Shown: positions 37,501 through 47,234 of the stretch, piece after piece
How the letters are laid out: every line of letters begins with the position of its first letter
Position numbering within the stretch: position 1 is the first letter of the stretch
Assembly (NCBI GenBank): GCA_051251855.1
Contig: JBPOGI010000001.1
Span: 832,001-896,000, forward strand
DNA: 64,000 nt
Direction: 5' to 3'
Source: Roseibacillus sp.
Lineage (GTDB): Bacteria; Verrucomicrobiota; Verrucomicrobiia; Verrucomicrobiales; Akkermansiaceae
The notes under the pieces: generated by a model
Seen by the model: only the letters and a program-made list of their open reading frames with translations
What the model was told of the DNA's origin: nothing
The model's database searches: none
Position numbers and translations under genes: made by a program

Positions 37501-38086
37501 TCACCCCGGTCTCATCGACCCGAAGTATCTCAAGGAAGAAAGCTCAAAGCTCACTTCTTTGTTCTACCTTCTCGACCAACTGCGGGAAGAGGGGCACAAA
37601 GTTCTCGTCTTCTCTCAGTTCGTTTCGATGTTAGAAATCATCAAGGCGCAGCTGGAAGTGGATAGCCGGCCCTTCAACTATCTCACCGGACAAACCAAAG
37701 ATCGTCGTGGTGAGATCGAGAAGTTCCAGACTACCAAGGATCCATCCGTCTTCCTTCTTTCCCTCAAAGCTGGGGGAGCAGGCCTCAACCTTACCTCGGC
37801 CTCATACGTTATCTTGTATGATCCCTGGTGGAACCCAGCGGTTGAGAACCAAGCGATTGACCGAACTCACCGTATTGGTCAGAAGAATAAGGTTATTGCT
37901 TACCGACTCCTTACTCGGGATTCCGTGGAAGAAAAAATTCGTGTTCTTCAGCACCAGAAGACGGCGCTGGTGACCAATGTCCTCGGTGATGAAGGCTTTG
38001 CGAGTAACCTCGGAATAGACGATTTGCAGTTCATCCTTAGCCATGGCGGGGAGCAGGAGGAAGAAGAGGAAGTTGCCACGGAATAG
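34547..38086 (+). CDS. SNF2 family DEAD/H-box ATPase (SWIM-SNF2 architecture, SWIM degenerate)
   Basis: LRPYQ.EG, LADDMGLGKT, VVCP.S, LDEGQQIKN, LTGTPIEN, LRRTK, LVFSQF, LSLKAGGAGLNLT, DPWWNPAVE.QAIDR.HRIGQ. Confidence 0.95.
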   Translation: MSESLMSSLNPDRATLNFLNSFPEAVQKRGEKLQQEGGVSQIFGNHLFIQGRVEEKGSTHRTTLRLQGNRWFGSCTAEDEKSSGAAQYATMLERLQRGEDLPESPNEFDDAPVLDLIEEKLDRELDDKEADFVSKVEKRYRRYAIEGEMHDHDMVRLSPRWEIQSYEPLELWPVPPGDILEFWNYIAYAFYKKKLPYPEFMNCITDLADVQKKMSEWEQEREIASWYERIESVNERPPQELPVEIELRIVATMNEARLQAREKNGAEDGPWYPVAEKPEVERLKSLYSDSALRMDASSQILWEEFISYLDRTNDAKLDLDDEEACAIMNRLFRQEALKGYLVNLDEKHFKVVNEPLKWQCEDVPGNQGLFGLQLVTKSGEPVSHSVRLLPGREELYQSDETVFPGPPRWLDDTEVMPRYDIPNGVIDSLEGIEFLRKIGATLPPSMKRRVVDLDLYPRFEMRIEQGLTAAETEHLVMDVTALEKKERRTEKLIRSGWDVTEQKPVKGNQLLRFAREKLYPVPDLLSEMGLTFDEKLGEFKSRVTKQFPEKFAEWAENMPDFVDVIMDGKLKTILADPVSAAIRFEVINQEIDWFDLRVVIDVEGVNLSKAQIRQLVAARGGYVRMDDGTWMRLEIKLDDDQRDAVTRLGLDPFDLSGETHRMHAMQLADPKAAEVFDPKAWKRIKDRAKDIQLDSKAEVPDSLDAELRPYQTEGFKFLAYLATNGFGGILADDMGLGKTVQSIAYILWLREAAIASKTKTPALVVCPKSVLDVWAMETTKFAPFLNVQVLRSRDEFDEENIKKNVDVLVLNYAQLRVCSEELKTVRWNVVVLDEGQQIKNPDSKAAKGARELEAQNRLVLTGTPIENRLMDMWSLMAFAMPGVLGSRAYFKKRFDKRKDPMSQNRLAARLRPFLLRRTKLQVAKDLPPRTEEEVYSKMEGIQFEMYKAELKRIQKALLGLDSDEAVKKNSFAILQGLMRLRQICCHPGLIDPKYLKEESSKLTSLFYLLDQLREEGHKVLVFSQFVSMLEIIKAQLEVDSRPFNYLTGQTKDRRGEIEKFQTTKDPSVFLLSLKAGGAGLNLTSASYVILYDPWWNPAVENQAIDRTHRIGQKNKVIAYRLLTRDSVEEKIRVLQHQKTALVTNVLGDEGFASNLGIDDLQFILSHGGEQEEEEEVATE

Positions 38087-38133
38087 GTGAGCCCCTGGGT
38101 TTGCCTATCATTGAAAGCTCTCGCACTTCTTGC

Positions 38134-38372
38134 GTGATTCGGGTCTAAGGTTACGACAAATGCGTGACTTGTACGAAGGCATAAAAGTGTCTAGGGGCAT
38201 GGATTACCGTCCGCTCGACCTTAAGGACAAGATTTCGACCCTAAGCCAAGCCGAAGCTTTTGCTCTTCTGCAGGGCAACGGCATGTTGGTGAAAAGGCCC
38301 TTTCTTATCAGAGATGGCAAAGCTCTGACTGGTTTTCGTGAAAAGGAATGGGTCGTAACTTTCTCAGGATAG
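38134..38372 (+). pseudogene. ArsC/Spx/YffB family pseudogene
   Basis: Frame from GTG 38134 reads VIRV*GYDKCVTCTKA*K (CxxC with TAA at 38146 and 38182); another frame reads GMDYR.LDLKDK...GNGMLVKRPFL...GF.EKEW; the middle part is missing. Confidence 0.8.
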
Positions 38373-38484
38373 AAGAATCATTCCGAGTAGCCCTAAAATC
38401 TGTCCGGATTTTCAGTAAAAGCACAAAGAATCCGCAATCAAGGGTTGAAAGCTGGGCGAGGATTCGCAATGTCGCTGGACGCAA

Positions 38485-40101
38485 ATGCTGACGATCAAAA
38501 ATCTCACCAAGGCCATGGGCGGTCGTACGCTCTTTAGGGAAGCTAATTTGACTGTGAACTGGGGTGAGCGGGTCGCGCTGGTGGGTCCCAATGGAGCCGG
38601 TAAATCGACTCTCTTTAAGATCGTGCTCGATGAAGAGACGATGGACGAGGGCACGGTAGAGCGCGATGACTACGCCATCACCGGTTTCCTCGCCCAGGAA
38701 GCGGGAGAGCCAACAGACGAGACTATCATCGAGATTGCGATGGGCATCGATGATGAGATGGTGAACATTTTGCGTAGCATCCGCGAAGGAGAGGCGAGCG
38801 GTAAATTAGACACACCCGAGTTTGCAAAGGCACAGGACCGATTCACGGAACTCAATGGATATGCGCTCGAGCCTAAAGCCAAAAAGATTTTGTCCGGATT
38901 GGGCTTCAAGCAGGACGATTTCGAGAAGTCAGCACGCGAGTTTTCTGGAGGTTGGGTGATGCGTTCTCATATCGCTCGATTGTTGGTGATGGAGCCGGAC
39001 TTGTTGATGATGGATGAGCCTACGAACCACCTTGACTTGATGTCGCTGCGTTGGTTTCAACGCTATCTTTCCAATTATCCCGGTGCGATTTTGATGATTT
39101 CGCACGACCGTGAATTTATGGATGGCCTTGTGGAGCAAGTGGTGGAGATCGACCCAGATGAGATGGCGCTGGTGAGTTACACTGGCAACTACTCTTCCTA
39201 CCAGGAGCAGCGCCAGGCGCGCTACGATCAGAAGGTGCAGGCGTGGCGTAATCACAAGAAGGAGATGGACCGGGTTCAAGAGTTCATCGACCGCTTCCGT
39301 AATGTGGGCTCGAAGTCTACGCAGGTGCAGGACCGGATTCGTCAGTTGGACAAGATGAAGGAGAAGATGCAAAAGCCGCGTGCGCCGCGGAAGGCTTTCA
39401 AGTTCAATTTCCCGGAGCCGCCACGCGCAAACCAGAAAGTGGTGGAGCTTGAGAAGATTCATCAGGCCTATGGCGAAAAGAAGATTTATGAGGGTCTCGA
39501 CCTGACCTTGGAGCGGGGAGAGAAGATTGTTCTCGTGGGGCCGAATGGTGCCGGTAAATCGACGCTGTTGAAGATTATCTCCGGTCACTTGGAATTCCAA
39601 AGTGGTGAGCGCAAGGTCGGTTATGCCACCAAGATGGGCTATTTTTCCCAGCACCGCACTGATTCATTGAATGAGGACAACACCGTTCTCGATGAAGTGA
39701 TGGCTGCGAACAAGACGCTTGCAGAGGACGAGGTGCGAGCGGTCTTGGGTTCCTTCTTGTTCCGACGGTCCGATGTCGACAAGCGGATTCGAGTGCTCTC
39801 CGGCGGCGAGAAGTCCCGCTTGAACCTCGTGAAGTTTTTGGTCGATCCACCGAACTTGTTGTTGATGGATGAGCCTACGACTCACTTGGATATTAATTCT
39901 ATTGATGCCCTGGTGCAGGGCTTGAAGAACTATGCGGGAACGCTGGTCTTCATCTCACACGATGTTCACTTCATTCGGTCACTGGCGGAAACGACGCTGC
40001 ATATCAATAATGGTGCGGTGACGCGTTACACCGGTGGCTACGATTACTTTATTGAGAAGAGTGGCTTGGATGATGACCGAGCGGCTGTGACAGCGGAGTA
40101 G
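38485..40101 (+). CDS. ABC-F family ATP-binding protein
   Basis: Two ABC domains (GPNGAGKST twice, FSGGW/LSGGE, DEPTNHLD/DEPTTHLD, ISHD), inter-domain linker, no TM. Confidence 0.95.
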   Translation: MLTIKNLTKAMGGRTLFREANLTVNWGERVALVGPNGAGKSTLFKIVLDEETMDEGTVERDDYAITGFLAQEAGEPTDETIIEIAMGIDDEMVNILRSIREGEASGKLDTPEFAKAQDRFTELNGYALEPKAKKILSGLGFKQDDFEKSAREFSGGWVMRSHIARLLVMEPDLLMMDEPTNHLDLMSLRWFQRYLSNYPGAILMISHDREFMDGLVEQVVEIDPDEMALVSYTGNYSSYQEQRQARYDQKVQAWRNHKKEMDRVQEFIDRFRNVGSKSTQVQDRIRQLDKMKEKMQKPRAPRKAFKFNFPEPPRANQKVVELEKIHQAYGEKKIYEGLDLTLERGEKIVLVGPNGAGKSTLLKIISGHLEFQSGERKVGYATKMGYFSQHRTDSLNEDNTVLDEVMAANKTLAEDEVRAVLGSFLFRRSDVDKRIRVLSGGEKSRLNLVKFLVDPPNLLLMDEPTTHLDINSIDALVQGLKNYAGTLVFISHDVHFIRSLAETTLHINNGAVTRYTGGYDYFIEKSGLDDDRAAVTAE

Positions 40102-40107
40102 CGAATA

Positions 40108-40132
40108 GACCGCGAGCTGAAGACTCGCGGTC
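40108..40132. terminator. hairpin between convergent ABC-F and polX (terminator or REP-like)
   Basis: GACCGCGAG-CTGAAGA-CTCGCGGTC, 9-bp perfect stem. Confidence 0.55.
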
Positions 40133-40150
40133 CGTAGGGACAATCGTTTC

Positions 40151-41881
40151 TTACTTTGCCAAGTATTTCTTCACCTCGTCCAAGGGCCGAGTATTGAGAA
40201 GGTCTTCTTTGCGGAGCCAGCCTTTCTGAGCGACTTTGATGCCGAAGTGGAGAGCTTGCAGACCATCAGTGCTGTGGGCATCCGTATTGAGTGAGCAGAG
40301 AACCCCTTTGTCGCGTGCCCGCTTCCAGTATTTCCAATCCATGTCCATTCGTTTGGCTGAACAGTTGAGTTCGATGATGGTGCCAGTGGCAGCGGCGGCA
40401 TCGATGACTTTGTCGAGATTGATGGGGTAAGGGTCTCGGCGAAGAAGAAGGCGTCCTGTTGAATGGCCTAGCATGGTGACATGAGGATTTTCAATGGCTC
40501 TGATGACACGTGCGGTCATTTCCTCTTCGGGGAGCGAGAAGGAGTTGTGAACGGAGGCGACAACGAAATCGAGTTGGTCGAGGATGTTATCGTGAAAGTC
40601 GAGACTGCCATCGCGAAGGATATCGACTTCGGAACCGGCGAACAAGTGGATGGCGCCAGCGAGCTCCTTGTTCATGGCCTCAATGTCAGCGACTTGTTTG
40701 AGGAGGCGTTCTTCGTCGAGTCCACGCGCTTGCGGAGAAGATTTGGAGTGGTCGGTGATGCCAAGATATTCGAGGCCAAGGTCGATGGCAGCGTCTGCCA
40801 TTTCACGCAGCGTATTACGCCCATCGGACTCGGTGGTGTGGCAATGGAAGGTGCCTTTGAGTTGCTCTTGTTGAATGAGCTTGGGGAGCTGGTTGTCGGC
40901 GGCCGCTTGAATTTCTCCCCGGTTTTCGCGCAGGGCCGGATGGATGTAGGAGAGGTCGAGAGCGTCGTAGAGCTCGGCTTCGGTGCGAATCTCGGGGAGT
41001 TCTTGGGCGTTGTCCTTAGTGGGGGAAAGATCGTATTCGTTGAGGGACCATCCTTTCTTCAAAGCGAGAGAGCGAATGGCGACGTTGTGTTCCTTTGAGC
41101 CAGTGAAGTATTGTAGCGCAAAGGGGAATTGAGAGGAAGACACCGCGCGAAGGTCGCATTGGAGGCCATTGCTGAGACGGATGGCGGCTTTGGTGTCTCC
41201 TTGAGCCATCGTTTCGATGCTGTCTTCGTAAGCGACGAAATATTTGGTGAGTTCTTCGGGGGCATCAGTGGCGACGAGGAAATCGACGTCGTGCACGGTC
41301 TCTTTGCCGCGACGGTAAGAGCCTGCCACTTCGAGTTGGTGAATGGCCGGATGTTGGAGGAGATACTCACGAAGAGGCTCGGCTGCGTGAGCTGCAACGG
41401 AGAGGAGGTAGCGACCAGAGAAGCGTTCGCGGGTCTCAATGGCAGCGAGGATTTTCTCGGCGGTCTTGGCGCCGAAGCCTTTCATGCTTGCGACGGAACC
41501 GTCTTCGCAGGCTCGCTTGAGAGCTCCCAGAGTGCTAATGTCGAGTTCATCATAGAGAGCTTTAATTTTCTTAGGTCCAAGCCCTTGTAATTCGAAAAGT
41601 TCGAAGAGGGTTTCGGGGAACTCGTGCTTGAGGTCGAGATGGTATTGCAGGACACCTTTGGAGGCGAGTTCGTGGAGCTTTTGTTGGAGAGCGTCACCAA
41701 TCCCTTTGATGCCTTTCAGTTCGTCGTCTTTGGCGAGTTGGAGGAAATCGCCTTCGAAATCTCGAATAATATCGGCACCGTTGCGGTAGGCTCGGGTTTT
41801 GAAAGGGTTCTCGCCCTTCAACTCCAGCAGGAGGGCGATTTCTTCGAGAGTAGCGGCGAGGTCTTCAGCTGTCAGGGACAC
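40151..41881 (-). CDS. polX: DNA polymerase X / PHP 3'-5' exonuclease
   Basis: GENPFK.RAY, GLGPKK, AGSYRR.KET.HDVD, CDLR, YFTGSK.HN; PHP HCHT, TDHS, H.TGR, NTDAH. Confidence 0.95.
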   Translation of the reverse strand: MSLTAEDLAATLEEIALLLELKGENPFKTRAYRNGADIIRDFEGDFLQLAKDDELKGIKGIGDALQQKLHELASKGVLQYHLDLKHEFPETLFELFELQGLGPKKIKALYDELDISTLGALKRACEDGSVASMKGFGAKTAEKILAAIETRERFSGRYLLSVAAHAAEPLREYLLQHPAIHQLEVAGSYRRGKETVHDVDFLVATDAPEELTKYFVAYEDSIETMAQGDTKAAIRLSNGLQCDLRAVSSSQFPFALQYFTGSKEHNVAIRSLALKKGWSLNEYDLSPTKDNAQELPEIRTEAELYDALDLSYIHPALRENRGEIQAAADNQLPKLIQQEQLKGTFHCHTTESDGRNTLREMADAAIDLGLEYLGITDHSKSSPQARGLDEERLLKQVADIEAMNKELAGAIHLFAGSEVDILRDGSLDFHDNILDQLDFVVASVHNSFSLPEEEMTARVIRAIENPHVTMLGHSTGRLLLRRDPYPINLDKVIDAAAATGTIIELNCSAKRMDMDWKYWKRARDKGVLCSLNTDAHSTDGLQALHFGIKVAQKGWLRKEDLLNTRPLDEVKKYLAK

Positions 41882-41941
41882 GCCAAGAGCATGGCGCCTC
41901 CGTGATTTTCTTCCAGTGCGGAAGGTGAAAATTTTTGGCAG

Positions 41942-43468
41942 TTACTTCACCAGTCGGGGAGCAGAGAACCCTTGGAGGCGGATTCTTTCCAGCTCGGCTT
42001 TCATCGCCTCGACCTTTTCGGGGTTCTCGGCAGCAAGGTTGTGCTTCTGACCGATATCTTCTTTGAGATTGAAGAGACCCACCTTTTCCTCGCTCGGCTC
42101 GTAACCGAATTTCTCTTCCCATGCTACCGCTCTTTTGGGAATGGCATGGCCGGTTGGAACGTCGAGATAAAGCCAGTCCCCGATACGGATTGCGTATTTA
42201 TTGGGAGAGGTGTTGTGAATGTGGCTTTCGCGCGCCTTCGCAGCTTTACCATCAATGAGAGGGAGAAGATTGTGGGAGTCTTCCGCCGCATCCTCGGGTA
42301 ATTTGAAATCGAGGTAGCTTGCGAGGGTGGCCATAAGGTCGATTTGAGAAACAAGGGCGTCATTGACGGAACCGGCTTCTGTTTTGCCAGGCCACTTGAT
42401 GATGAAGGGCACGTGATGACCACCTTCGTAGATATCACGCTTGAGGCCTCGGAAGGGAAACGCTGACCAGTGTCCAAAGGTCTCCTCGCGCTTATAGGCA
42501 TAGTGCTCAGGGCCGTTGTCGGCAGTGAAGACAACAATGGTGTTCTCGTATTCTCCGCTTTCCTTTAAGGCGGCGATGAGCCTGCCAATGATATCGTCTG
42601 TTTGGACGACAAAGTCTCCGTAGGGGCCCGCCTGAGAGGAATCGTCGAATTCGTCAGTGGGAATGATGGGGGCGTGGGGACTCGGAAAAGGGAAGAAAAG
42701 AAAGAAGGGCTTTTCTTGGTCTTTCCGGCCACGGAGGTAGGCTTCGCCTTCTTTGGCTAAAGTTGGAAGGACTTGATAAAAGTCCCAGTCGTCCATCGCT
42801 GGTCCAGGGCGAACTTCCCAATTTCCTTCCTTGGTCTTCTGTTTGATGTCGGCGGGCAGTAGGGTGACGTTGGGCGCAGTCTCGACCTTGTCGTCACGAA
42901 TCCAGCAGTAGGGGGGGAAGTTGATGACGGTGTCGCCGAAGTAGTGGTCGAAACCGTGAGCAAGAGGGCCATCGGGAATGCTCTGCGACCAATCAAAATC
43001 GGTGTGCTTCCAGACCTTTTTGTTCTTGGCGTTTCCAGAAGAATCGGTCCGAACGGACATCCAGTCCCAACCGAGATGCCACTTGCCGATACAAGCGGTA
43101 TCGTATCCTTCAGCTTGCATCATTTCGGGAAGAGTGAGGCGTTCCTCTTGAAAAACGGAGCCACCCATAGCCTGTACGATGCCATGAAAATCGCGCCAAT
43201 GATGACGGCCTGTGAGAAGGGCGTAGCGGGAAGGGGTGCAAATACCGGAAGAGGAGTGACCGTCGGTGAAGCGGGTCCCTTCCTTGGCCAATTGGTCGAG
43301 ATGAGGAGTGGGGATCTTGCTATCGGCGTGATAGCTGGTCAGGTCGCCGTATCCAAGGTCGTCGGCGTAGAGAACGAGGACGTTAAGCTTTTCCTCAGCA
43401 TGGGAAAAGAAAGAGAGTCCGATCGAGTTCGCGGCAAAGAAGAAGAGTGAAAGTGATTTCGTCATCAT
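41942..43468 (-). CDS. arylsulfatase (Cys-type, secreted)
   Basis: ADDLGYGD, CTPSRYALLTGR, GKWHLG, PHAP, DNGP, RGLK..IYEGGH. Confidence 0.95.
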   Translation of the reverse strand: MMTKSLSLFFFAANSIGLSFFSHAEEKLNVLVLYADDLGYGDLTSYHADSKIPTPHLDQLAKEGTRFTDGHSSSGICTPSRYALLTGRHHWRDFHGIVQAMGGSVFQEERLTLPEMMQAEGYDTACIGKWHLGWDWMSVRTDSSGNAKNKKVWKHTDFDWSQSIPDGPLAHGFDHYFGDTVINFPPYCWIRDDKVETAPNVTLLPADIKQKTKEGNWEVRPGPAMDDWDFYQVLPTLAKEGEAYLRGRKDQEKPFFLFFPFPSPHAPIIPTDEFDDSSQAGPYGDFVVQTDDIIGRLIAALKESGEYENTIVVFTADNGPEHYAYKREETFGHWSAFPFRGLKRDIYEGGHHVPFIIKWPGKTEAGSVNDALVSQIDLMATLASYLDFKLPEDAAEDSHNLLPLIDGKAAKARESHIHNTSPNKYAIRIGDWLYLDVPTGHAIPKRAVAWEEKFGYEPSEEKVGLFNLKEDIGQKHNLAAENPEKVEAMKAELERIRLQGFSAPRLVK

Positions 43469-43581
43469 TCATGACGATACCGCTCTAGTGGTGGACTCAT
43501 TTCAAGCCCTTTTAAAAATTGCGAAGAAGACGGCTCCCAAGGTTTTCCTTTTGGCTGAAATGACCTAGCTTATGCACGTAC

Positions 43582-46500
43582 GTGAAACAGATTTTATTAG
43601 CATTTCTTCTCCTTACCACTTTAGGGAGTGGCCAAGTCCTGACTCCCGAGGAGATTTCAGCGCAGATTGAGCTTCAAAAAGAGAATTCTGCTCAAGGCGA
43701 TTCCCAGGCGGTTCTTGCTGTTTGGGAGGAAGCAAAGACGCTTTCTGAGCAGCTAGGGGCGGTAAAGGCTACGGGTGCCAGTTTCCAGGCGATGGAAACG
43801 TCGGAGGGAAAATTGCCAGAATTGAAGGACATCTCGGCACCAGCTGATGAAGCAAATCTGGAGGATTTATCCAAGGCGTTGACCGAAGTGACGTCTGCAT
43901 TAGAGAGTTCGACTAAGCGTCTCTCGCAGGCAATGGTGGACCTCAAAGACGCTCCTGACCGGATTTCGGTTTTGTTAGGCCTGATTTCAGAGGCACGTGC
44001 GCAGATGTCGGAGGTGGCGACGCCCCCGGAGGGAGGGACCGAGTTGGCAAAAGCCCAGCGTGAACTCAGTCTTTTACGAACGTCGTTCTTGGAAGCTAGT
44101 GTTGAGAGATTTCAATCAGAGCGAATCTTTTTGCAGTCGGAACTGGCCAATTTGCCTGAGCGAATTCGACTGAGGAAGGAGCACAATCGCCGGCTCGTCC
44201 AGCTGCAAGCAAATCTTCAGGTGCAAGTCGCGAATCTGCGTAGACAAGAAGCCCAGAACACAGAGATAGAGCTGGAAAGGTCTGCTCAAGAGCTATCCCA
44301 CATTCCTGAACTTGGTGTAATCATTGCTGAGATTAGTGAGCTCAATCAACAACGCACAGGGAAGGGAGGGGTGCAGGCTCAGATCAAGGACGCGACAAAA
44401 TATGCTAGAAAGATCACTCGTCTCTATCAGAGCGTAGAAGCTCAAAAGAGAAATGCTCAAGAGAAGATTGAGCTTCTCGAAAGCGTGGGCCTCGAAATTG
44501 ATACCGATACCGGAATTATTTTGCGCGAGCAAAGGGCTGAGTTGCCGAGCACCGTTGACTTGGAAAAAGAGTTGAGAGGAAAGGTTGAAATCGCAGTGCG
44601 AAATCAAGTGACTCTTTTGGAGTTGAGCGAGAAGCAAACCGGCGATCAGCCTTTAAGCAACAAGGTCATCAAAGCCCTGAGCGAAAAAGAGGTCGATCGA
44701 ATCCTCGCTGAAGATCCCGTTTTGCAAAGGAGCGAGGTGATGGTCCGATTCGAGCAACAAGTGACGGCTTTATTCGAACAACGGAGGTCCTTGCTGGAGA
44801 CTTTGATTTCGGAACGCAAGAGCTTGAATACCACTTTGAAGAAATCCAATAGCCAAGCTCAGTTGACTATTAATGCGATTAATTCCTATTCGGTGTTTTT
44901 GGACCAACGGCTGCTCTGGAGTCGTAGTACTACCCCGATTCGACTCACGGAACCTCGGAGTGAGATCGCTAATATTCGGACTCTCTTTGGCGGAGGAATG
45001 TTCGAAAAAGCATGGGCCAGTATTCAAGAAAATTGGTTTCCACGATTCTTCCCAGTCTTGGCCTTTGCGACGCTCTTTCTCTTCGGACTCTTTCGGCGAC
45101 TGCGTCTGCGGAAGTTGGAAAAGGAATCGAGCGAACAAGCGTGCAAGAGAAATTGCACTAGTATTAAGCCCACGGTGATTACGATTGTGAGCTCGGTTTT
45201 GATTGCGGGAACCTTCCCTGCGCTTCTCTTTTTACTCGCGCTCTTAATCTCAGATCCGATGCCCTACCGCATGGGGCTTTTGAACGCTGGCTTGTTTCTC
45301 TTTGTTGCTAGTCTGCTCTATCGTTTTTCGAAACCCGCGGCTTTGTTTGAAGCTCACTTCAAGTTTTCAATGATTAAGGCGAAGCGGATACGGAATACGC
45401 TCCGCTTCTTTATTCCCATCATTTTGCCTTTTGTCTTTGGGATAGGAGCGCTCTCGGTAAACGGCGGAGTAGGTTCTTCGGGCCGAGTCGTCTTTATCGT
45501 GACGATGTTGCTGGTGTCTACGGTGGCTCACCAACTCTTTCATCCCAAGCATTCGATCGTCGGAAATCCTGAGAAGCCGACTTTACTCTCTCGCTTGAGT
45601 TATGTGATGGCGCTCGGTCTTCCTCTTAGCTTTCTCGTAGGAGCTGCCTTGGGTTTCTTTTCTTCGGTCTTGACCCTGCGAGCACAGGTGTTGGCGACAG
45701 CTGGGGTTTTGCTAGGTGCTTTTTTGGTTATCCGTTTTTTCACTCGTTGGATTCTTGTTTCGCGTCGTCGCTTGGCGATTCAACAGGCCTTGCTGAGGCG
45801 TGAGGCGACTTTGGCAGAGCGAGCGAGGAAGGAAAGTGGTGAGCTGGAAAGCGAGCCGGATGTGGCGAGCCTTGAGGAGGTGAAGGCGCAGGCCGTTGAT
45901 GTCGTGGAGGTGGAGCAGCAGACCAGTCAATTGCTTCGCTTTGGAGTCTATTTTTCAGTCTTTTTTGCGATCTTCTCGATCTGGTCGAGTTCGTTGACAG
46001 CCCTTTCGGTCCTCGACCAAAAGCCGCTGAACCCAAGGATTAAACCTCGTGTCGTTGAAATCACAAAAAGGGAGAGTTCCCCTGCGATGTCGGTGTTTGT
46101 TCCCCAACAGGGGGCCAAGGCTGACGAGACTGCAAGCGAACAAGCGGGTGATCCCATTGTTGAGAAGAGCGACCCAATTACTGAGCTTGTTCTCCCTCCT
46201 AAGGATTTTGTGAGTTGGCAGGATTTATTGCTTTCGTTGTTTATCTTTTTGCTGACCTTTGTGGCGGCTCGAAATATTCCTGGATTACTCAGTTTGGCGG
46301 TCTTTAGTCGACTCAATTTGGGGCCGGGTGGGAACTTTGCGTTCACTACTATGGTGCGCTACTTTATTGTCCTAACTGGGGTGGTCATCGGCTTAAACAA
46401 GATTGGGATTACGTGGGACAAGGTTCAATGGTTAGCTGCGGCGATTACTTTGGGGATTGGCTTTGGTTTGCAGGAGATTTTTGCGAATTTTGTAGCGGGT

Positions 46501-47022
46501 CTAATTCTTCTCTTTGAGAGACCGCTTCGGTTGGGGGACATTGTGACGATAGGAAACGTCTCTGGAAAAGTGACCGAGATTAAGATTCGAGCGACGACGA
46601 TTCAGCAATTTAACAATCGTGATTTAGTAGTGCCGAATAAGGATTTTATCACTGGTCAGCTGACGAACTGGACCTTGAGGGATTCTGTTTTGAGGTTCGA
46701 GTTGGCGGTAGGGATTGCCTATGGTTCAGATACTCGGAAGGCGGAGGAGATTTTGAATCGAATCGTCATGGAGCATCCGAATGTGTTAGCGGATCCCGCT
46801 CCAGCGGTGATTTTCAATTCCTTTGGGGCAAGTACGCTGGACTTTTTGATTCGAGCGCACGTGGGGCAAACAGGAAATCTCGTAAGTACCCAAAGTGACT
46901 TGCACTTTCAGATCGATGATGCCTTTCGGGAGGCGGGTATTGAGCTAGCTTTCCCTCAGCAGGATATTCATGTCAGGTCCCTTCCGGATGGAGTGGTGCT
47001 GCCGCCGGTGGGGCCGAAGTAG
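43582..47022 (+). CDS. MscK/MscS-family large mechanosensitive channel
   Basis: Signal peptide, coiled-coil periplasmic region, many TMs, W...QWL.AA..LG.GFGLQEIFANFV.GLILLFERP, I.IRATTI, VPNK.FIT..L.NW, AFPQ.D.H. Confidence 0.92.
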   Translation: MKQILLAFLLLTTLGSGQVLTPEEISAQIELQKENSAQGDSQAVLAVWEEAKTLSEQLGAVKATGASFQAMETSEGKLPELKDISAPADEANLEDLSKALTEVTSALESSTKRLSQAMVDLKDAPDRISVLLGLISEARAQMSEVATPPEGGTELAKAQRELSLLRTSFLEASVERFQSERIFLQSELANLPERIRLRKEHNRRLVQLQANLQVQVANLRRQEAQNTEIELERSAQELSHIPELGVIIAEISELNQQRTGKGGVQAQIKDATKYARKITRLYQSVEAQKRNAQEKIELLESVGLEIDTDTGIILREQRAELPSTVDLEKELRGKVEIAVRNQVTLLELSEKQTGDQPLSNKVIKALSEKEVDRILAEDPVLQRSEVMVRFEQQVTALFEQRRSLLETLISERKSLNTTLKKSNSQAQLTINAINSYSVFLDQRLLWSRSTTPIRLTEPRSEIANIRTLFGGGMFEKAWASIQENWFPRFFPVLAFATLFLFGLFRRLRLRKLEKESSEQACKRNCTSIKPTVITIVSSVLIAGTFPALLFLLALLISDPMPYRMGLLNAGLFLFVASLLYRFSKPAALFEAHFKFSMIKAKRIRNTLRFFIPIILPFVFGIGALSVNGGVGSSGRVVFIVTMLLVSTVAHQLFHPKHSIVGNPEKPTLLSRLSYVMALGLPLSFLVGAALGFFSSVLTLRAQVLATAGVLLGAFLVIRFFTRWILVSRRRLAIQQALLRREATLAERARKESGELESEPDVASLEEVKAQAVDVVEVEQQTSQLLRFGVYFSVFFAIFSIWSSSLTALSVLDQKPLNPRIKPRVVEITKRESSPAMSVFVPQQGAKADETASEQAGDPIVEKSDPITELVLPPKDFVSWQDLLLSLFIFLLTFVAARNIPGLLSLAVFSRLNLGPGGNFAFTTMVRYFIVLTGVVIGLNKIGITWDKVQWLAAAITLGIGFGLQEIFANFVAGLILLFERPLRLGDIVTIGNVSGKVTEIKIRATTIQQFNNRDLVVPNKDFITGQLTNWTLRDSVLRFELAVGIAYGSDTRKAEEILNRIVMEHPNVLADPAPAVIFNSFGASTLDFLIRAHVGQTGNLVSTQSDLHFQIDDAFREAGIELAFPQQDIHVRSLPDGVVLPPVGPK

Positions 47023-47062
47023 GAGTAGTCGTTTGAACGAAGGAGCTTTTTCTTTCGTTAGC

Positions 47063-47141
47063 GTAGCTGAATTGGTGACAACTCGGACGGTGAGGATGTG
47101 GAGTGAGCCCACCCAGCCCGCTTTGTTACCAAAGCGGCTAC
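47063..47141. repeat. REPIN-like element 2 (same family and length as 9086-9164)
   Basis: GTAGCTGAATTGGTGACAACTCGGA (47063-47087) and inverted GTAGCCGCTTTGGTAACAAAGCGGG (47141-47117); 29-nt spacer; lies between convergent genes. Confidence 0.85.
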
Positions 47142-47234
47142 GTAGAATCGCAGAGTTGACCGCGAATCAATAAGGAGTATGGCAAGAAACGGAGCGAACA
47201 CGAAAGCCTGTTCCCGCAGATTGAGCTCTGCCTG

